Source of the DNA: Leotia lubrica
Taxonomy: Eukaryota
DNA length: 64,000 nucleotides
Assembly: GCA_965240495.1 (NCBI GenBank)
Contig: OZ251267.1
Span: 1,240,001 to 1,304,000 of the forward strand
Direction of reading: 5' to 3'
Within the stretch, counting starts at the first letter, position 1, and every line of letters begins with the position of its first letter. The notes beneath the pieces are model-generated. The model had not been told where the DNA came from. It saw only the letters and a program-made list of their open reading frames with translations, and ran no database searches. Positions 10,415 to 24,008 of this stretch are shown here, piece by piece. Made by a program: the position numbers and the translations under genes.

Positions 10415-12536
10415 TCCGGATAGCTTCAATGGCAAGAATTACTCGTGCTTCTTTGCTTGGGGCTGGCATAATTTATTGTGCTAAAAACGCGTGCTAAATA
10501 CAATGGGTAGTGGGTAGTCGGGAAAGTGTGCGACAAGCCGATATGCGCGACGAGCCGATGATCCACGTTACATTAATCTACAATTAAGTATTACATCTAA
10601 TTTGGACCCCGGTCACATGACTGTCACATGATCAGGTCACCTAATCCCAAAAGAGACTAGTGTGTAGAGAGACAACACCTCATCACCACCGTCCCAATCT
10701 ATACCGCAACCACCGTCCAAACTATCACAACTGGGAACACCAAATTCCCTATTACAAGCCTCACTTCCATATCCCACTTCCGCGAAGCATCCTGAGCCGC
10801 ACCGGGCCTCGCCCAGCCTCGCCCGCACTGCGCAAAATGGCCTGGAGCCTCGCGTGCGCCTGGCGAGCTACGCCCGACACCCGCCCAGATTGCGATTGCA
10901 ATGGCTCGTGCGGCACGCCGCAGCCTTGCCAGAGCCTCATGTGAATCGCGATTTCCTGCCCAGAGCCTCGCGCGAGCCTAGCAAGCCGTCCCGACCCCCC
11001 CCCGTGCATCGCGCCAGTGATCGATCGCGCGACCGATTGATCGCAGCCCGACACAGCTTAGCAAAAGCCTCGCGCAAATCACAATTTCCCGCCCGGAGCT
11101 TCGTACGAGCCCAGCGAGCCGCGCCCGACCCCCCCCTAGCATCGCGCCAGCCAGCCCGCGCACGCCTGAGCCGGCCCAAGCTAGCCTGCGCACGCCTGAC
11201 CAGCCCAGCCACCCAGAGCCTCCCAGAGCCCCCAAACTACCCAAAGCCCTCCCAGGACCCCTGTGAAGACCCAGGACCACCCCCCAGAGGCTCCATATAA
11301 CCTTTGTGAGCCCCCGGAGCCTCCCGTAAAGTTCTTGAAGCCCCGAGAGAGCCCCCGAAGTTCCCAGAGAGTCCACAAAGTCCCCAGAGAGCCCCCAGAG
11401 TCCTCCCGTGACCCCCTAGAGTCTACAGAGAGACCCTGAAAAGCTTAGAGAGACCCCAGAGAGCCCAGAAAGATCTCTGGAGTCTATAGAGCTACGCTGA
11501 AAGCCTCACGTGAGGGTCCAGAGCTTCCCCTCAATTTAGTAGTTGTGTATCTCCTCAGCTATTATATTTAGTATCATCTGCTAACTTTTGTGTAAAGAGA
11601 CCCGAGAGTTTGGGAAAAGACCTGTAGAGTCTGAGAGAGACCGGTAGAGTTCTGAGAGAAAGCTGTGGCATTGTGGAAGAGATATCTGAAACCTGTGAGT
11701 GACGTCTATATCCCCCAAGAATGCGGCTGAAAGCCTTTTTCTAGCCTTCAGAGCCGGTGAGAGATAGTCTGAGCATTCGCTCAATTCAGTAATTGTGTAT
11801 ATCCTCAGTTATTATATTTAGTATGATCTGCTAATTTTTTTATAGCTGTCTGCGCTACTATTATCTTCTGACCTCTTGACGCTGTCTATCCTCCTATCAC
11901 TGTCTACGCTTCTGTCACTGTCTACGCCTCTGTCATAGTCTGTCCTCTTGTCACCTTCGGTTCTACTGTTATTGTCGTTAGTCATTTTATGGTAAATAAG
12001 GCTCAAGGTAAGTGATGCTTGCTCTCATACGTCTTGGCCGAGTCCTGGTACGGACTGCCATATTGTAGTACGCTAGGCTCAGCCAGTACTTCAAGGAGTA
12101 CTCTAGTTTGCAGTAGCATAGATACTAGTAGTATCTGTGTTGCTGTAGGCACTAGCGGGAGGTTTGAAAGTTGCTTCTCTAAATAATTTCTTTCACCTGG
12201 GGCCTAAGTCCTCGTCAAAAACTTAGCTAGGTGCAGTTCTTAGATAAAGCTTCACTCAGGCAAGGTTTTAGTCAAAAACTAGCTTAGGACCGGCTCCTAC
12301 TAAAAAACCTAGTTAGGATTGCATATCCTGAGTGCAAATTAAAATATATACCCAGGTGCAGGCCCTGGAAAGCCGGGGTTTATGTCACTACTAGGGTCCC
12401 TTTAGTGGTGGCATAGATCCTGGTAAATATCTTGCAGGGGCAAATTTCTCTACCGTATTTGATTATGTTTAGAATTCATCTCTGGTTTTCCATTGAGAAC
12501 TTGGCTAAGACATGTGATCATTACTAGGTTTTCACA

Positions 12537-12724
12537 ATGGTGATATTTGAACAGATCGAGTTCAAACCAAGAAGTTAGGTATCGGACGAGATAGTTCTTA
12601 AAACGGTGTGAGAAGATGTGCTCATAATGTTGAAGGAGTTCGGAATAGTATTGATTTATTTTGCCATATGAATGTATTGAGCTGGATAAGTATGATGAAG
12701 AGAGACGGAGAGAAGTTTAATTAA
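12537..12724 (+). pseudogene. Internally deleted remnant of the TET/JBP-like dioxygenase gene in hAT-0
   Basis: Same upstream context (AAGACATGTGATCATT...AGGTTTT..ATG) and same 3' end (GCTCATAATGTT...GGAGTTCGGAATAGTATTGATTTATTTTG) as the genes at 26340 and 41423; about 760 bp missing. Confidence 0.8.
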
Positions 12725-13376
12725 TGATATACAAGAGTTGAAGTATTGTAGCATGTAGTTGTGCGCTTGCTATTGTACGCTTTCTGTCGAGAGCTTGCTG
12801 TCGAGCGCTTGCTGTCGAGCACTTGCTGTCGTGTGCTTGATATCGTACACTTGGTGTTGTGTGCTTGGTGTCGTGCGCTTGGTGTCGTGTGCTTGGTGTC
12901 GTGCGCTTGGTGTCGTACGCTTGTTGCATATAGTTGTGCACTTGCTATCTGTTGGCGCATATAGTCATGCGCTTATTGTGAACAAATGTAGTTGTGAGCT
13001 TGACATGGTGACATATAGTCGTGTGTTTGATATAGTTGTGCGCTTGCTAAAATTATTTGCTTAATGTGGTGGCATATATTTGTACCCTTGCTGTGGTTGC
13101 ATGTAGTCATGCACTTGTTATCATCGTAGGTAGTAGTAAGCTTACTGTGGTTGCATGGAGTTGTGCGCTTGCTGTCATGGTATGTAGTCGTGTGCTTACT
13201 GTTATGGCATGTAGTAGTGCGCTTACTGTTATGGCATGTAGCGGAGCGCTTACACTTGGTATGATTGCATGTAGTTGTGCGCTTGTTATGATAGTAGTGT
13301 GTTTGCTGTGATTACAGACAATTCTTCATGTGGTCTTTCTTCATATGGTTTGTCATGTGATGTATGATGATTATGT

Positions 13377-15342
13377 TGTTACGACCCTCACCGTTACGAC
13401 CCTCACGACGTCCAACTATGAGACTAGCAACCTAGTTGACTAAGCAACTGATAGCTGACTAAGCAGCTGAGAAACTGATAAGCCTAATCAGCTTGTTCCT
13501 TGCAGCCGCTCTTGCATCCGCTTTTACAGCAGCCCTTGCAGCCGCTCTTGCATCCGCCCTTACAGCAGCCCCTGCTGCTGCTCTTGCCGTTATCCTTGCT
13601 GCCACGTTTACAGTCTGCTTGCTGAATAAGCCAGACACTGAAGCCGCTCTTACAATCGTCCTACAACAACCTCTAGTCGCCGACTCTACTATTACTACTT
13701 CTGTTGCCAGAGTCCTAGTCAACTACGCAACTATTACAGAGCATGGCTATGATAACTCGATAGCTATTAGTATCGTGATAAGCATACTCACCGAATTACC
13801 GAATACGCTACCGAATTACTGAAGGCGCTTACCGAACTACCGAATGTGCTTGCCGAGTATCCGAATATGGACCTGCCCTAATTTCCGCCCATTACAGAAA
13901 CCCTGGTCACCGGTCTGGTGATCGCTCTGACTACCATTCTAATTCCGGTTAGGCTTGCGACCATCACTTAGTTATGTGACCGCAATTGCCGCCATAAATC
14001 CAATTCGCTATGCAACGACTCCTACTGCTATAGCTTTGGCCAGCTATGCAATTACTTCTGTCGCTATAATACTAGCCAGCTATGCGACTATTTCTAGTGC
14101 TACAATCGCGACCGATATGCAACAATGCTTGCTGCCATAATTCCACTAGCCATACATCCAGCCAGCCACAGTTGTGGCCGGCTTTCACTACAACAACCTA
14201 GTAGCCAGGTAACTGGGAAACCAATGGCTCGGGAACTGGTAACCCGACAGCTTGGCAACCCGGCGTAGCTTGAGAAGTCTACGAGGGACCTTCCAGAGGC
14301 TAGCGGAACTTTCCCGGAGCTAGTACAAGCTTGTATGCAAGCTAGGCAAGCCCAGACGCGAGTTAACACCAAAGGGGAAGCACTCGGCAAGCCAGGCAAG
14401 CCCAGATGCGAGTTAATACCAAAAGGGAAACCCTAAGCCAGCCAGGCAAGCCCAGACATGAGTTAGTACCAAACAGGAAGCTCTAAGCTGGAGATAAGGA
14501 ATGAGTCACAACCCAGACACCTAATAGGCTGGAGATAGGGAATTAGGCACCAGCATTAAGCTGCATAAGCTGAGCTGAGGGGTTAGGCAGCAGCCAATAC
14601 ATGATAGGCTGGAGATAAGGAGGTTGGGTACCAACCAAGCCGCGATAAGCCGAGATAAGAAATCAGGCAGCAGCCAACACATGATAGGCTGGAAGTGAGG
14701 GGTTGGGCAGTCAGCTGAATGCACGTCAGCCCTGTGACTCACTATCACGTGCAGGTATGCACGTGACTCAATAATCACATGCAGGTATGCACGTGACCCA
14801 CATGAGATAAGGGATTCCTGAAGAGCTATTGGACATCTAAAGAAACAGTCACCTAATGGCTTATCTAAAGGGGGGTTCCCCTAGACTAATCAGAACATTT
14901 AGAAGATAGTGATCTAGATAGAGGGGGGCTGGGAAATCATGCATAAGTAGGGACCCAAAGTCCTCCCTAGAGAAGCCAGACTTCAGTCACTTGAATAACA
15001 AGCACAAGACACCAAGACAACAACTCCTCTTCTTCATATACTCTCTTGTGATCCACACTCACCCCTTTCAATACAAGACAACACTTCATCACATCATAGT
15101 CCCAAGACTTCCCTATTTCAATACTTCATCACATCAGTCTCAGGACTCCCCCCTTTCAACACTTCAGCATATCAGCCTCAAGACTTCCCTCTTTGCAGTA
15201 CTACACCATATTAGCCCTAGGACTTCTCTCCTTGCAACACTCACCCCAGAACTAGTGGTCAACTAGCAGTACTGCTCTTGAGTACCTAGATACCCTGTGG
15301 CCCTGAATAGTCCCCACTTCTCCCACGGCAGTGCTCCTAACA
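13377..15342 (+). repeat. LTR-A large solo-LTR-like repeat (~2 kb)
   Basis: TGTTACGACC...CCTAACA ends; nearly colinear with 59472-61438; no matching TSD. Confidence 0.8.
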
Positions 15343-16140
15343 TTTTTGATTGGCAATAACATTCTATGGAAATCATACAACAAGCATTACTTCTCAACGT
15401 TACTTGTGGATAGTAATCTGCTTTTCTGATAATTGATCATAGCGTAAAGGTCAGGTTCCTAGTCAGTAATCTGCTTCTCTGCAAATGGTGGGATTTAAAA
15501 TTTGTGGCGGTTTTCTGCCTATCAACGTTACTTACTCATATGCATTGCTCCTAGTAAGTAATCTGCTTTTCTGCAAATGGTGGGATTTGGGATTTGGGGT
15601 AATTTCCCAAGTTTGAGCGTTATTCTCAATGGTTACAACAGGAGTAATGCTCAAAAGTACTGCTACTATATCCAGAATCATGCGAAAATAAGAAGTTGAT
15701 TGCTGCATCATTAGGGATATCTGATAATGAACAAGGTATGGGGGAAGAGGGGGAGGATGGCAAAAGGTTATCTTTGCTATTGTATAGATATTCATATGAT
15801 GCACAAGCAAGTTCTTAAAGAGTAAGAAGAGCTGGCAGATAGAACGTCTGTAAAAATATAGACTAGAATACAAACTGAGCACTTTCCCGTTACTCTATAC
15901 AATTACTTCTGATATAATTTAGAGCTAAATATTTGATATTTAAGCTATTCTAACCAAACAGAGTATCTTAGCGTTACTCCTAAGTGTTAACTATTACCTC
16001 TACAATATGTAAATTATGCAACAACTACAGTCCGGTCTGGTCTTTTCCTACTAATTTAGGACCGGACAGGAATATTAGGTCTCAAAATAAAAGACCGGAC
16101 TGCTTGCGGTCTGGTCTCAATTTCTTTTGTAGACTGTAAA

Positions 16141-16300
16141 TAGTCCGGTCCCGGTCCTACAGTTTGGTCCCAGTCCTACAGTCTGGTCCCGGTCCTACAG
16201 TCTGGTCCCGGTCCTACAGTCTGGTCCCAGTCCTACAGTCTGGTCCCGGTCCTACAGTCCGGTCCCGGTCCTAGTCCCTGTCCTATAGTCCGGTCTGGCC
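16141..16300. repeat. 19-bp tandem array (CAGTCTGGTCCCGGTCCTA, ~7 units) in the right subterminus of hAT-0
   Basis: Directly visible tandem units just inside the right TIR. Confidence 0.85.
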
Positions 16301-16742
16301 AGTCTAAAATCCGATACTCTGAATCTCTAACTACTAGGCTCCGAGTCCTCTACTATATACCCTACTCATGATAGGGGGCTGATGTTGCAAAGCCGTTAGG
16401 CTTCTCAACATGCTGCACAAATCATGCGCTACCCGGATTTGGTACAGTCACGCGCCACTTCTGAGTCAGACTTTTGGTTCTGTATGCCACACGATTCTAT
16501 TGGCCTGAATCAGCTACACCCGCACAGAGGTCGAAAATACCGAAAACTCAACTACAAAACTCTGAATCGATTAAGGGCACTCTACCCCCACTACATCTGT
16601 CCCCTCCCCCTGAGTGATCACCCCATGATTACTACTTCTAACTAGAAATTACGTAAGAAATAACAATAAACTCCAATAACTTTCTGCATACTAATTTTGG
16701 ACTAGGTAAGTTGATTCCTGTCTCTCTCTGTGTTATCACCTC

Positions 16743-19700
16743 TTAATCCTTATACTCTGTGTATTTTCCTCGCTGGCTTTCATCTAACTCTAGTAGTAGG
16801 ATCTCAAAATTCATCTGTAAATACTCCGGCTCAGAGTTAGGCACAACTCCTTCCTCAACTTTGGTTTTTGCAATTTGTTCTTCCCCTAATTCTATGTCAT
16901 TTTCTTCTTCCTCTGAACCCTCCTCCAGCTGATCTCCGACTGGACTTACAGCTTCGTAAAAGCCTTCTTGCTCTACGAACTTCCTAAGTCGATTACCTGC
17001 ATAGGTGCCAGGTAATGTACTTCCATCGAAATCTTCTAGTAAATAAGTTTCTTTCTTCGATATAGCTTCTCGAACTCGATACGGGCCTTCCCAGCGATAG
17101 GCTAACTTCTTTATTCGAGATCCCTGTCTGTGGATCATGCTTCAGTACAACATCCCCTCTTTTTATCTCCTTTTCCCTTATTTGTCAAAGGTTATCAAAA
17201 GCTTCTTTTCCTTCTTGCCGGAGTCTCTGTTTCTGAAGAGCAACCTCTTCCATTTCTTCCTCTTGAAACTGTAGTTGTAGCGCTCTCATAGCTAGAAGAT
17301 CTGCTCTGTTTTGAACTTCGGACCATTTAAGAACTCTCCATATAGGATGTTCGAGCTCCACTGGTAAAACTGCTTTTCTTCCATATATTACTCCAAAAGG
17401 AGTCTTTCTGGATGGGTTATGTACTGTAGTTCTTTCAGCTAGTAGGACTGAAGGTAAGTTTCACGTCTATCTCTTTATTCCACCATTCATCATTCTAGCT
17501 AAAGCTTCGACTATCGATCAATGTCTTTTTTCTACCATTCCGTTTGTTTGAGGGTGGTAAGCCAATACTTGCACATGATCGATTCCATATCGTTTCACAA
17601 AAGCTTCTAAGTGATCCTTATTCTCCAGTCCTCCATCAACAACCAATTTGCTGAAGCAGCTATGCCTACTTACGACTTCTTCCCAGAGAAACTTTGCTAT
17701 CACTTCGGACAAGGCTTTACTCAACGCTCTAGCTTCCGGCCATCCCGATAAGTCTTCTTGAGCTACCACAAGATAATTCTTTCCGTTTGACTGGGTCATA
17801 TGGACTATGTCCAAACTGATTTTCTCAAAAAGCGCACTCTCCCAAGTGGGATACAGTGCTTCTTCTTGTCTTCAGGAATCTCTCATCTGGCATATCTTAC
17901 ATCCGGATACATATGCTTTCGTCATCAAAAAGCATCCTTCCCAAAAATACTGATCTGCTATTTTCTGATAGGTGCTTTCTCTGCCTTTATATCTGCTCTC
18001 ATCATGCAAAGCCTTGATGATTCTGATTCGCTCTTCTTCTGAGTCGAGCATGAGCCGACTGAGAATATTCTTATTCTCTTTTCTGAAGAGCAATCCATCT
18101 CGAACTGTATGTCTTATCGTTTTCTTCTTAAATTGCCTGAATCCGGATCCAATTAAATCTCTAGGCTTGCGTAATGTAGTCAGTTATCTTGCGATTCGCT
18201 GGGATTCTTCTGAATAGTTCTTATTGAGGACCTTGATCGGAGTTTCCAAATCGGAGTCGGAATTTACTTCAGGGGCTTCAGGGGTAACTTCCACTGGCGT
18301 GATAGAAAGTATTGCTAACTCCAAATCTAGAAAATCTTTAATCTCTGGTTCGTTCTCTTTGTCTGCATCATCGGATTCTACTCTTGGTTGTCTCAAAAAT
18401 CTGTCTGCTGTAGTATGCTTGTGTCCAAGTATGTACCGAACTTCGAAATCGAACATATGAATATATCCTAACCATTATATAACCAGTGCTCCTGGTAGGT
18501 CCGTTGCTGCTTTGTTAAGTTGAGCCACCAGAACATTCGCATCAGTTTCGGGAACGAAATAGGTACCATATAACAAGTATTTAACCTTTCGTAGTGCCTT
18601 AACAACTGCTTTACATTCGCGTTTCGTAGCATCATACGCTGCTTCAGCTTCTTACCATAATCCACTCTCGTATCGCAATAGATGCCGTAACCCTTTCTCA
18701 TCAAGTTGTATTAAAACTGCTCCCCATCCTCCTCTACTTGCGTCGGTCGCAAGTATAATCTCTCCCAAATCTTCTCTATATGTAATCTTCACCAAGACTG
18801 GAGCTCTAGTCAATGCTAGCTCAAGTTCTTCCATCGCCTGATGTTGTTTTTCACCCCAAATAAAGGGTGTATTCATTCTTATCAGAGCATAGATAGGGGC
18901 CGCGACCTTCATAAATCTCTTAATCCATAACCGGTAGTACACACATATTCCGATGAATGCACAAGCTTCACTAATATTCTTGCAGACCGGCCACTCGATA
19001 ATCTTTATAATCTTTGCTGTTTCGGGGGTTCTTCCTTCAGCTCCACAGATATAACCTATGAGTTTGATTCCATCCATACAAAATTGGGACTTCGATCCCG
19101 AAATCGTACAACTTGCTCTCTCCAATCTTTCGAGCGTTCGGTCAAGCAACTAAATATGCTCCTTAACGTACCTTCTTATTCCAGGGGCAGATTCTTCCAT
19201 TTCGTAGTCTGATGTAAGCCCCTTTACCCCTATATTGTCGATAAAGGGCCAACAATCATCCGGTATTCGATCCTGTAAAACCTTCGTAATGATTCTGACA
19301 AACTGCACAACCAAATTCGTAGCTCCTTGCGGAAGGGTCATATGTCTCAGTAAGCCAAGTGGTGTCATAAACGCTATCAGATCTCTATTTTCTGTCGCAA
19401 GTTCAACATGATCATACCCTGAAAATAGATCAATCAGGGACAATATCTTACAACCTGCGTATTCTTCTGTGAATTTGTCCACTGACGGAGGTAAGTTCGC
19501 ATCTCTAATAGTAAACTGATTATACTCCATGACTGCGTTTATCAATTGATAAGTACCCTTCTCCTTTTTCTTCCCTAGAAACCATGGATTTCAATATGGT
19601 CCTTCACTGGGTTCAAGTCAGCTACTATCAATTCTATCTTTAAACATCTTAATTGCAAGGGGTATCAGTGCCTTCGGAATCAGAAAACTCGGTGCTTGGA

Positions 19701-20757
19701 ATGCTTTATAGGAAATTGTCTTTATCACTTGAGGCGGAGCCACATCTGGGCTAACTCTCCCTATCTGCGAAAAGTCGAAGGCAAGTGCTTTCTCTTTATT
19801 GTAAAGCATTTCGACCAATAGATCCTTCTCCTCAGGGGTAACGCTTGCTCCTATCTTCAGTTTTCCGATTCGGTCGGGGTAAGTCTGGCTCCACTTTATA
19901 TCACTAAAAACTTCGGTATCAACCACTGAGAATAGATCCCTGTCAGTTCGTGATAGACATCTCTTCTTTTCAATTTCTCTACCCAATCCAATACACCTCT
20001 GTGTTTATCTCCTCCTGCCCCTAAGTTGACAGTCTTCACTTTCTTTGCAGTTCTCTTATATTTTGATCCGAACACCCTAAACTCCTTTTCCATTTCCTTT
20101 GCGCAATACATTGAATAAACGTCGAATTTTTTTGATATTTTATATATGTTTCCCCCCTCTTCCTTCCCTCCTTGGTTCTAACCAGTTGAAATATTCTAAC
20201 TCTCGAATACTCTGAAATATCTGCTTTCGGAAAATCCGACTCTGAAGAGAGTTTGAACCGAACTTTCTTCTTTTTCACGTTTTTCCTCTCTTTCTGCTCG
20301 CCAGCACAGCCCCCGACAGCTATACTGGCTACAAGTTTACCGACTCTTTTTCTATTAGGGCTCGAGCTTCCCTATTTAACCTACTTTGGGGGTGACAAAC
20401 TCTCGTTTCTCCTTCATTCGAACAATCTTCGTTTAGGAACAAAGCCATCTGGTAACCGCCTTCATTATAGAGAAAGGTAAATTGAGCATCGTGGAAAAAG
20501 GGGCATCCTAAAATCAGCTTATGATCGATTGAATCCACGACCATAATCATTTGGACATTCTTTATATTTCCTATACTAACCTCCACTTCTTCACAGGCAC
20601 CATCGAACGATCGCTCCTCTCCCGAAACTGTCTTAAGAGCAAGTCGAATATTCGTCTGAATTGGTAGATTCGCACGATTTGTCAAGGATCTAGTCATAAC
20701 GTTGACTTCCGCTCCTGTATCGAGGAGTGCCTCCGTAGTGAGGTCTCCTATTCTCAC
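16743..20757 (-). pseudogene. pol: Degenerate Gypsy pol (Gypsy-2): protease, RT, RNase H and integrase fragments
   Basis: Colinear fragments: ALLDTGAEVN (protease); LIDLFSGYD, LPQGATN, FIDNIG (RT); LATDAS (RNase H); YHPQTNGMVE (integrase); WEGPY. Many stops and frameshifts. Confidence 0.9.
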
Positions 20758-20960
20758 TCAAATCCTATATGTCGCAGCTGCATAAGCTCTTTCCAGTTTT
20801 GACAGGGAGGTTGCTCCTATTTTTGCTATTGGAATATCATCATCTCTTTTCTGTACCGGTAAATTTCGGAACATAAGCTTCATTAAACTCTCTGAAGACG
20901 TAATAATATCTCGGAGACGGATATTAACCCTCGTATCCATAATCTCCTTCAGAAGCGCTT

Positions 20961-23900
20961 TGTTAGGGGGATGTGTGTCCCAGGCGTGATACAGTAGTCA
21001 CAGTAGTCCTATGAGTGCAGCAGTGATGATGGTGTAGATGATCCATACTAATCCTAGGGGATTAGGAGAAAGGGGGCGAGGTAGGAGTAGATCCTACCAG
21101 CTGCCTCAGGCTACTGTACCTAGGCCGCATCAGGTAAGAGGGCTTATGCCCCTTACACTATCTCCCTCTCTCTATGTGCTGGTCCCTCAGCGCTAGTATA
21201 CTAAGATACATGTGTGTGTATGAGGTAGGAAAATATAAACCTCCTCGGGTGGATGGGAAAATATATAAAAACCCGTCCTGTGGGGGAAACCGAGCTAAAC
21301 GATGAAAACCCCCTAGGCTCCGCTGCATTGCGCTACCTAATAGCTAGTGAGGCGCAAGGGAACTCGCATGCTTCACCCTTCTCCGTAACCTCCTGCTCAT
21401 AGCTCTTGGTCCGGAATATCTATAGTGCCGCCAACTACCATCTCCCTCCCTCTTGTGGGGCGTCCCGACCCATGCGTGCCGTGTACATTTTGGGGTGGTA
21501 TTGCGATAGCGATCACTATTTGAGTAGTCGGATTTCTAGTATCGTCCGATTGTCCAGCGTTCTAGTTCCAATTCCCACTCTCTGATTTCTTGACTATATT
21601 ATCCCAGCTTCCTATTTTGGTTGCGCGCGCTTGTGGCGCTTGGGCTTCGGTCACTTCTCGCGATGTAATCGCATGTGTTGCTTGAGATTCTCAACCGGTT
21701 CTTCGGTCTCTGGGCCTTCTGGCTCAAGGTGAGTCTCTCTCTTGTTTAGTGTTTGAGCTGACGATTCTTCTCGTGTGTAGGTCCCTTGCCAATAGTTCTC
21801 GATATCATCCGCGATGGCTCATAGGCCCATACGGCTTTTCGATTATCCTCCGCTTGCGTGCCGCCTTCCCTTCGCTGTATTCCGAGCGAATATATACATG
21901 CTGGATGGGGCCGTCGATGGCTTGAGGGTAGACTAAGGTTTTATCGCGATGCCGCTGCTTTTCGCAATGTGGTCGTTATACCTATTGTCGGATTAGAAGA
22001 GGGGGGGTGGGTGGGAACACTGGTCGATTGCCAAGTGCCCCAGAGAATACTATCCCCTTCGATGATTATCGTTGTCCCCCTCTTTTTCTTTTGGAATTAG
22101 GCAATCCGGGGATCCTCATAGGGCCTTATAGGTGGCTCAATCTGCCCAGCTCCTATGAGGTTTCATTCTCCCAGGCCATATCCGTTATTGTAGCGCCGAT
22201 GTGGGCGACTCCTTTGGGGACCCGCTGTCGCTCCAGTAAGGCATCTTAGTCCTACTGTGCACCTTTTGCGATTAGCTTGGCGGGGCCTTTTATTTTGGAT
22301 ATCGCTGCCTTCTGCGCTTGAGGATTAAACCTCTTGCTCTTGAAATGCTAATTCCTTGAGCAGTTTTCCCTGCCCCACTTCGCAGATTACCCGCTTGGAG
22401 GATTGGGCTGGCCATCGCACTGTCCCTCTGGAGGGTCTCCAGGGGTACGAGGCCAGTACGTCTTGATGGCGTATTGGCAGAGTCACTTTAAGGTAGTGTG
22501 ATCATCCACTCGCACATCTTGACTTGGAGTTGCCCTATAGTTTTTCGCGATGGCTTTTGGCTTACGATTGTTATCCGCAATAGCTCTTAGGCCTATATAC
22601 GGTTGCTGCCCACGATGGCCTATGCCCATACGATATTTCAGGGTCTCCTCTTACCGCGATGGCTTCAGCTTACGCTTGTTATCTGTGATGGCTTTTGCTT
22701 ACACAGTTGCTACCTGCGATGGCTTCTGTCTATACGGTGCTTGTCGACAGCATGTTGGCTTGACCGCTTACGCCTAGTTGGAGTGACTATAGTGTCATGT
22801 TCCAAGGATATATAATATCGCCCGCTGCGTCTGCCTTGCTAGTCGGAAGCTTTTTACCCGCAATGGCTTGGTCCATACGGTTTCTATCCCTAATGGCTTT
22901 GCTCAACGGTTGTTATCTGCAATGGCTTTTGCTTATGCAGTTGCTATCCCCGATGGCTCCACTCACTGGTTGTTATCTGCAATAGCCTGTAAGCCTATAC
23001 GGTTTATGGGGTCCTCCTTCGGGCTTTATCTGCGATGGCATCTGGGCCCATACAGTGTCTGGGAGTTCCCTTCATTTTGATCGCGATAGCATTTATCGCC
23101 CATGCGACCTTTACCCGCGATGGCATATAAGCCCATGCGGTTCGCAGTAGAATACCACGATTTGCGTTTGCTCATACTGGATGGGTATTCTTCGGCCCTT
23201 TTATCCAGCGATAGCTTATGTTCTCTGAAGGCTTATGTAGGTGCTCCGTTTCGCCCACTCATGGAGCTGGGGGCTCCGCCTCCATTTGAGGAATGTGTGA
23301 TTGTTGATGTTGATAGGTCGCTGGGATTTCGCAGGGACTTCTCAAGGCACTTGTAGCCTTTTATTTCGATGTTGTTTTATCGCCGTTTTCACTTGTATTG
23401 CTCGTGCTCTTGGTTGAGTCGTGGCATCGCTCTCTGGGCGGTTGCGTTTTTCGACGAGATCGAGGCTGCTAGCTTGTATTTAGAGGTTATCGAATCTAAT
23501 CTATCATCCGATTCTCTTTTTGATGACTCTTATGATGAGTTTCGCTTGTGGTGAGCTCGCGTTGCTACTGGACTTTGATGACACATAGCTGTATTCGCTG
23601 AATCGCTCGGTGGGTTGCAGTACTTATCTTCTTGTAGGCCGCATGCGTTTTGCCTGCGTTTTGCCTGCGATTCGACTGCGTTTCGCATGCTCCCTAGATG
23701 TGGATTACACGCGTTTTGATGGTGTTGAGGCTTCAGTTTGAGAGGCTTCAGTTGTTAGAGGCTGCGACTCCATACCGGGCCTGAGGTCCGTTTAGGAAAG
23801 AAGGATTAGACTGTTAGGGGGATGTGTGTCCCAGGCGTGATACAGTAGTCACAGTAGTCCTATGAGTGCAGCAGTGATGATGGTGTAGATGATCCATACT

Positions 23901-24008
23901 AATCCTAGGGGATTAGGAGAAAGGGGGCGAGGTAGGAGTAGATCCTACCAGCTGCCTCAGGCTACTGTACCTAGGCCGCATCAGGTAAGAGGGCTTATGC
24001 CCCTTACA
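20961..24008 (-). mobile_element. Non-autonomous LTR element related to Gypsy-1, with identical 197-bp LTRs
   Basis: LTRs 20961-21157 and 23812-24008 identical by eye; TSD CGCTT on both sides. Interior has no pol ORF, but 22190-22330 resembles Gypsy-1 pol at ~6400-6550 and 21158-21470 resembles 3073-3375. Confidence 0.9.

Larger units (their letters stand above)
1276..10469 (-). pseudogene. pogo/Fot1 DDE transposase split by the Gypsy insertion (coding parts about 10469-10415 and 2860-1276)
   Basis: Removing the insert gives MPAPSKEARVILAIEAIRTSKNLSRRAAAKLYNVPESTIRDRMNGR..., with HTH/CENP-B-like N-terminus, NFDETG, LVLDGHESH, QPLDVG and a C-terminal CxxCxxxxHxxxxC knuckle. Confidence 0.92.
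1149..10568 (-). mobile_element. Fot1/pogo-family (Tc1/mariner superfamily) DNA transposon, interrupted by a Gypsy insertion
   Basis: ~50-bp TIRs starting ACGTGGATCATCGGC. TA duplication at 1147-1148 and 10569-10570; the empty site TACTAATACATTAATC is seen in hAT-2 near 39413. Confidence 0.93.
808..16306 (+). mobile_element. hAT DNA transposon, internally deleted copy (hAT-0) holding nested pogo, Gypsy and LTR-A insertions
   Basis: TIR TAGACTGGCC at 808 and GGCCAGTCTA ending at 16306. Perfect 8-bp TSD AAATCCGA (800-807, 16307-16314). Subterminal CGGTCC/GGACCG arrays and internal blocks are colinear with the copies at 24329 and 39056. Confidence 0.92.

Noticed and set aside
13459..13822. Ala-rich ORFs (also 47827-48190, 52429-52705, 59554-59989)
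   Set aside because: They arise from the 12-bp tandem array inside LTR-A, are open on both strands, mostly lack ATG starts and show no domain motif.
16141..16300. Regular repeat arrays resembling CRISPR
   Set aside because: Head-to-tail tandem units without unique spacers, eukaryotic context and no cas genes.
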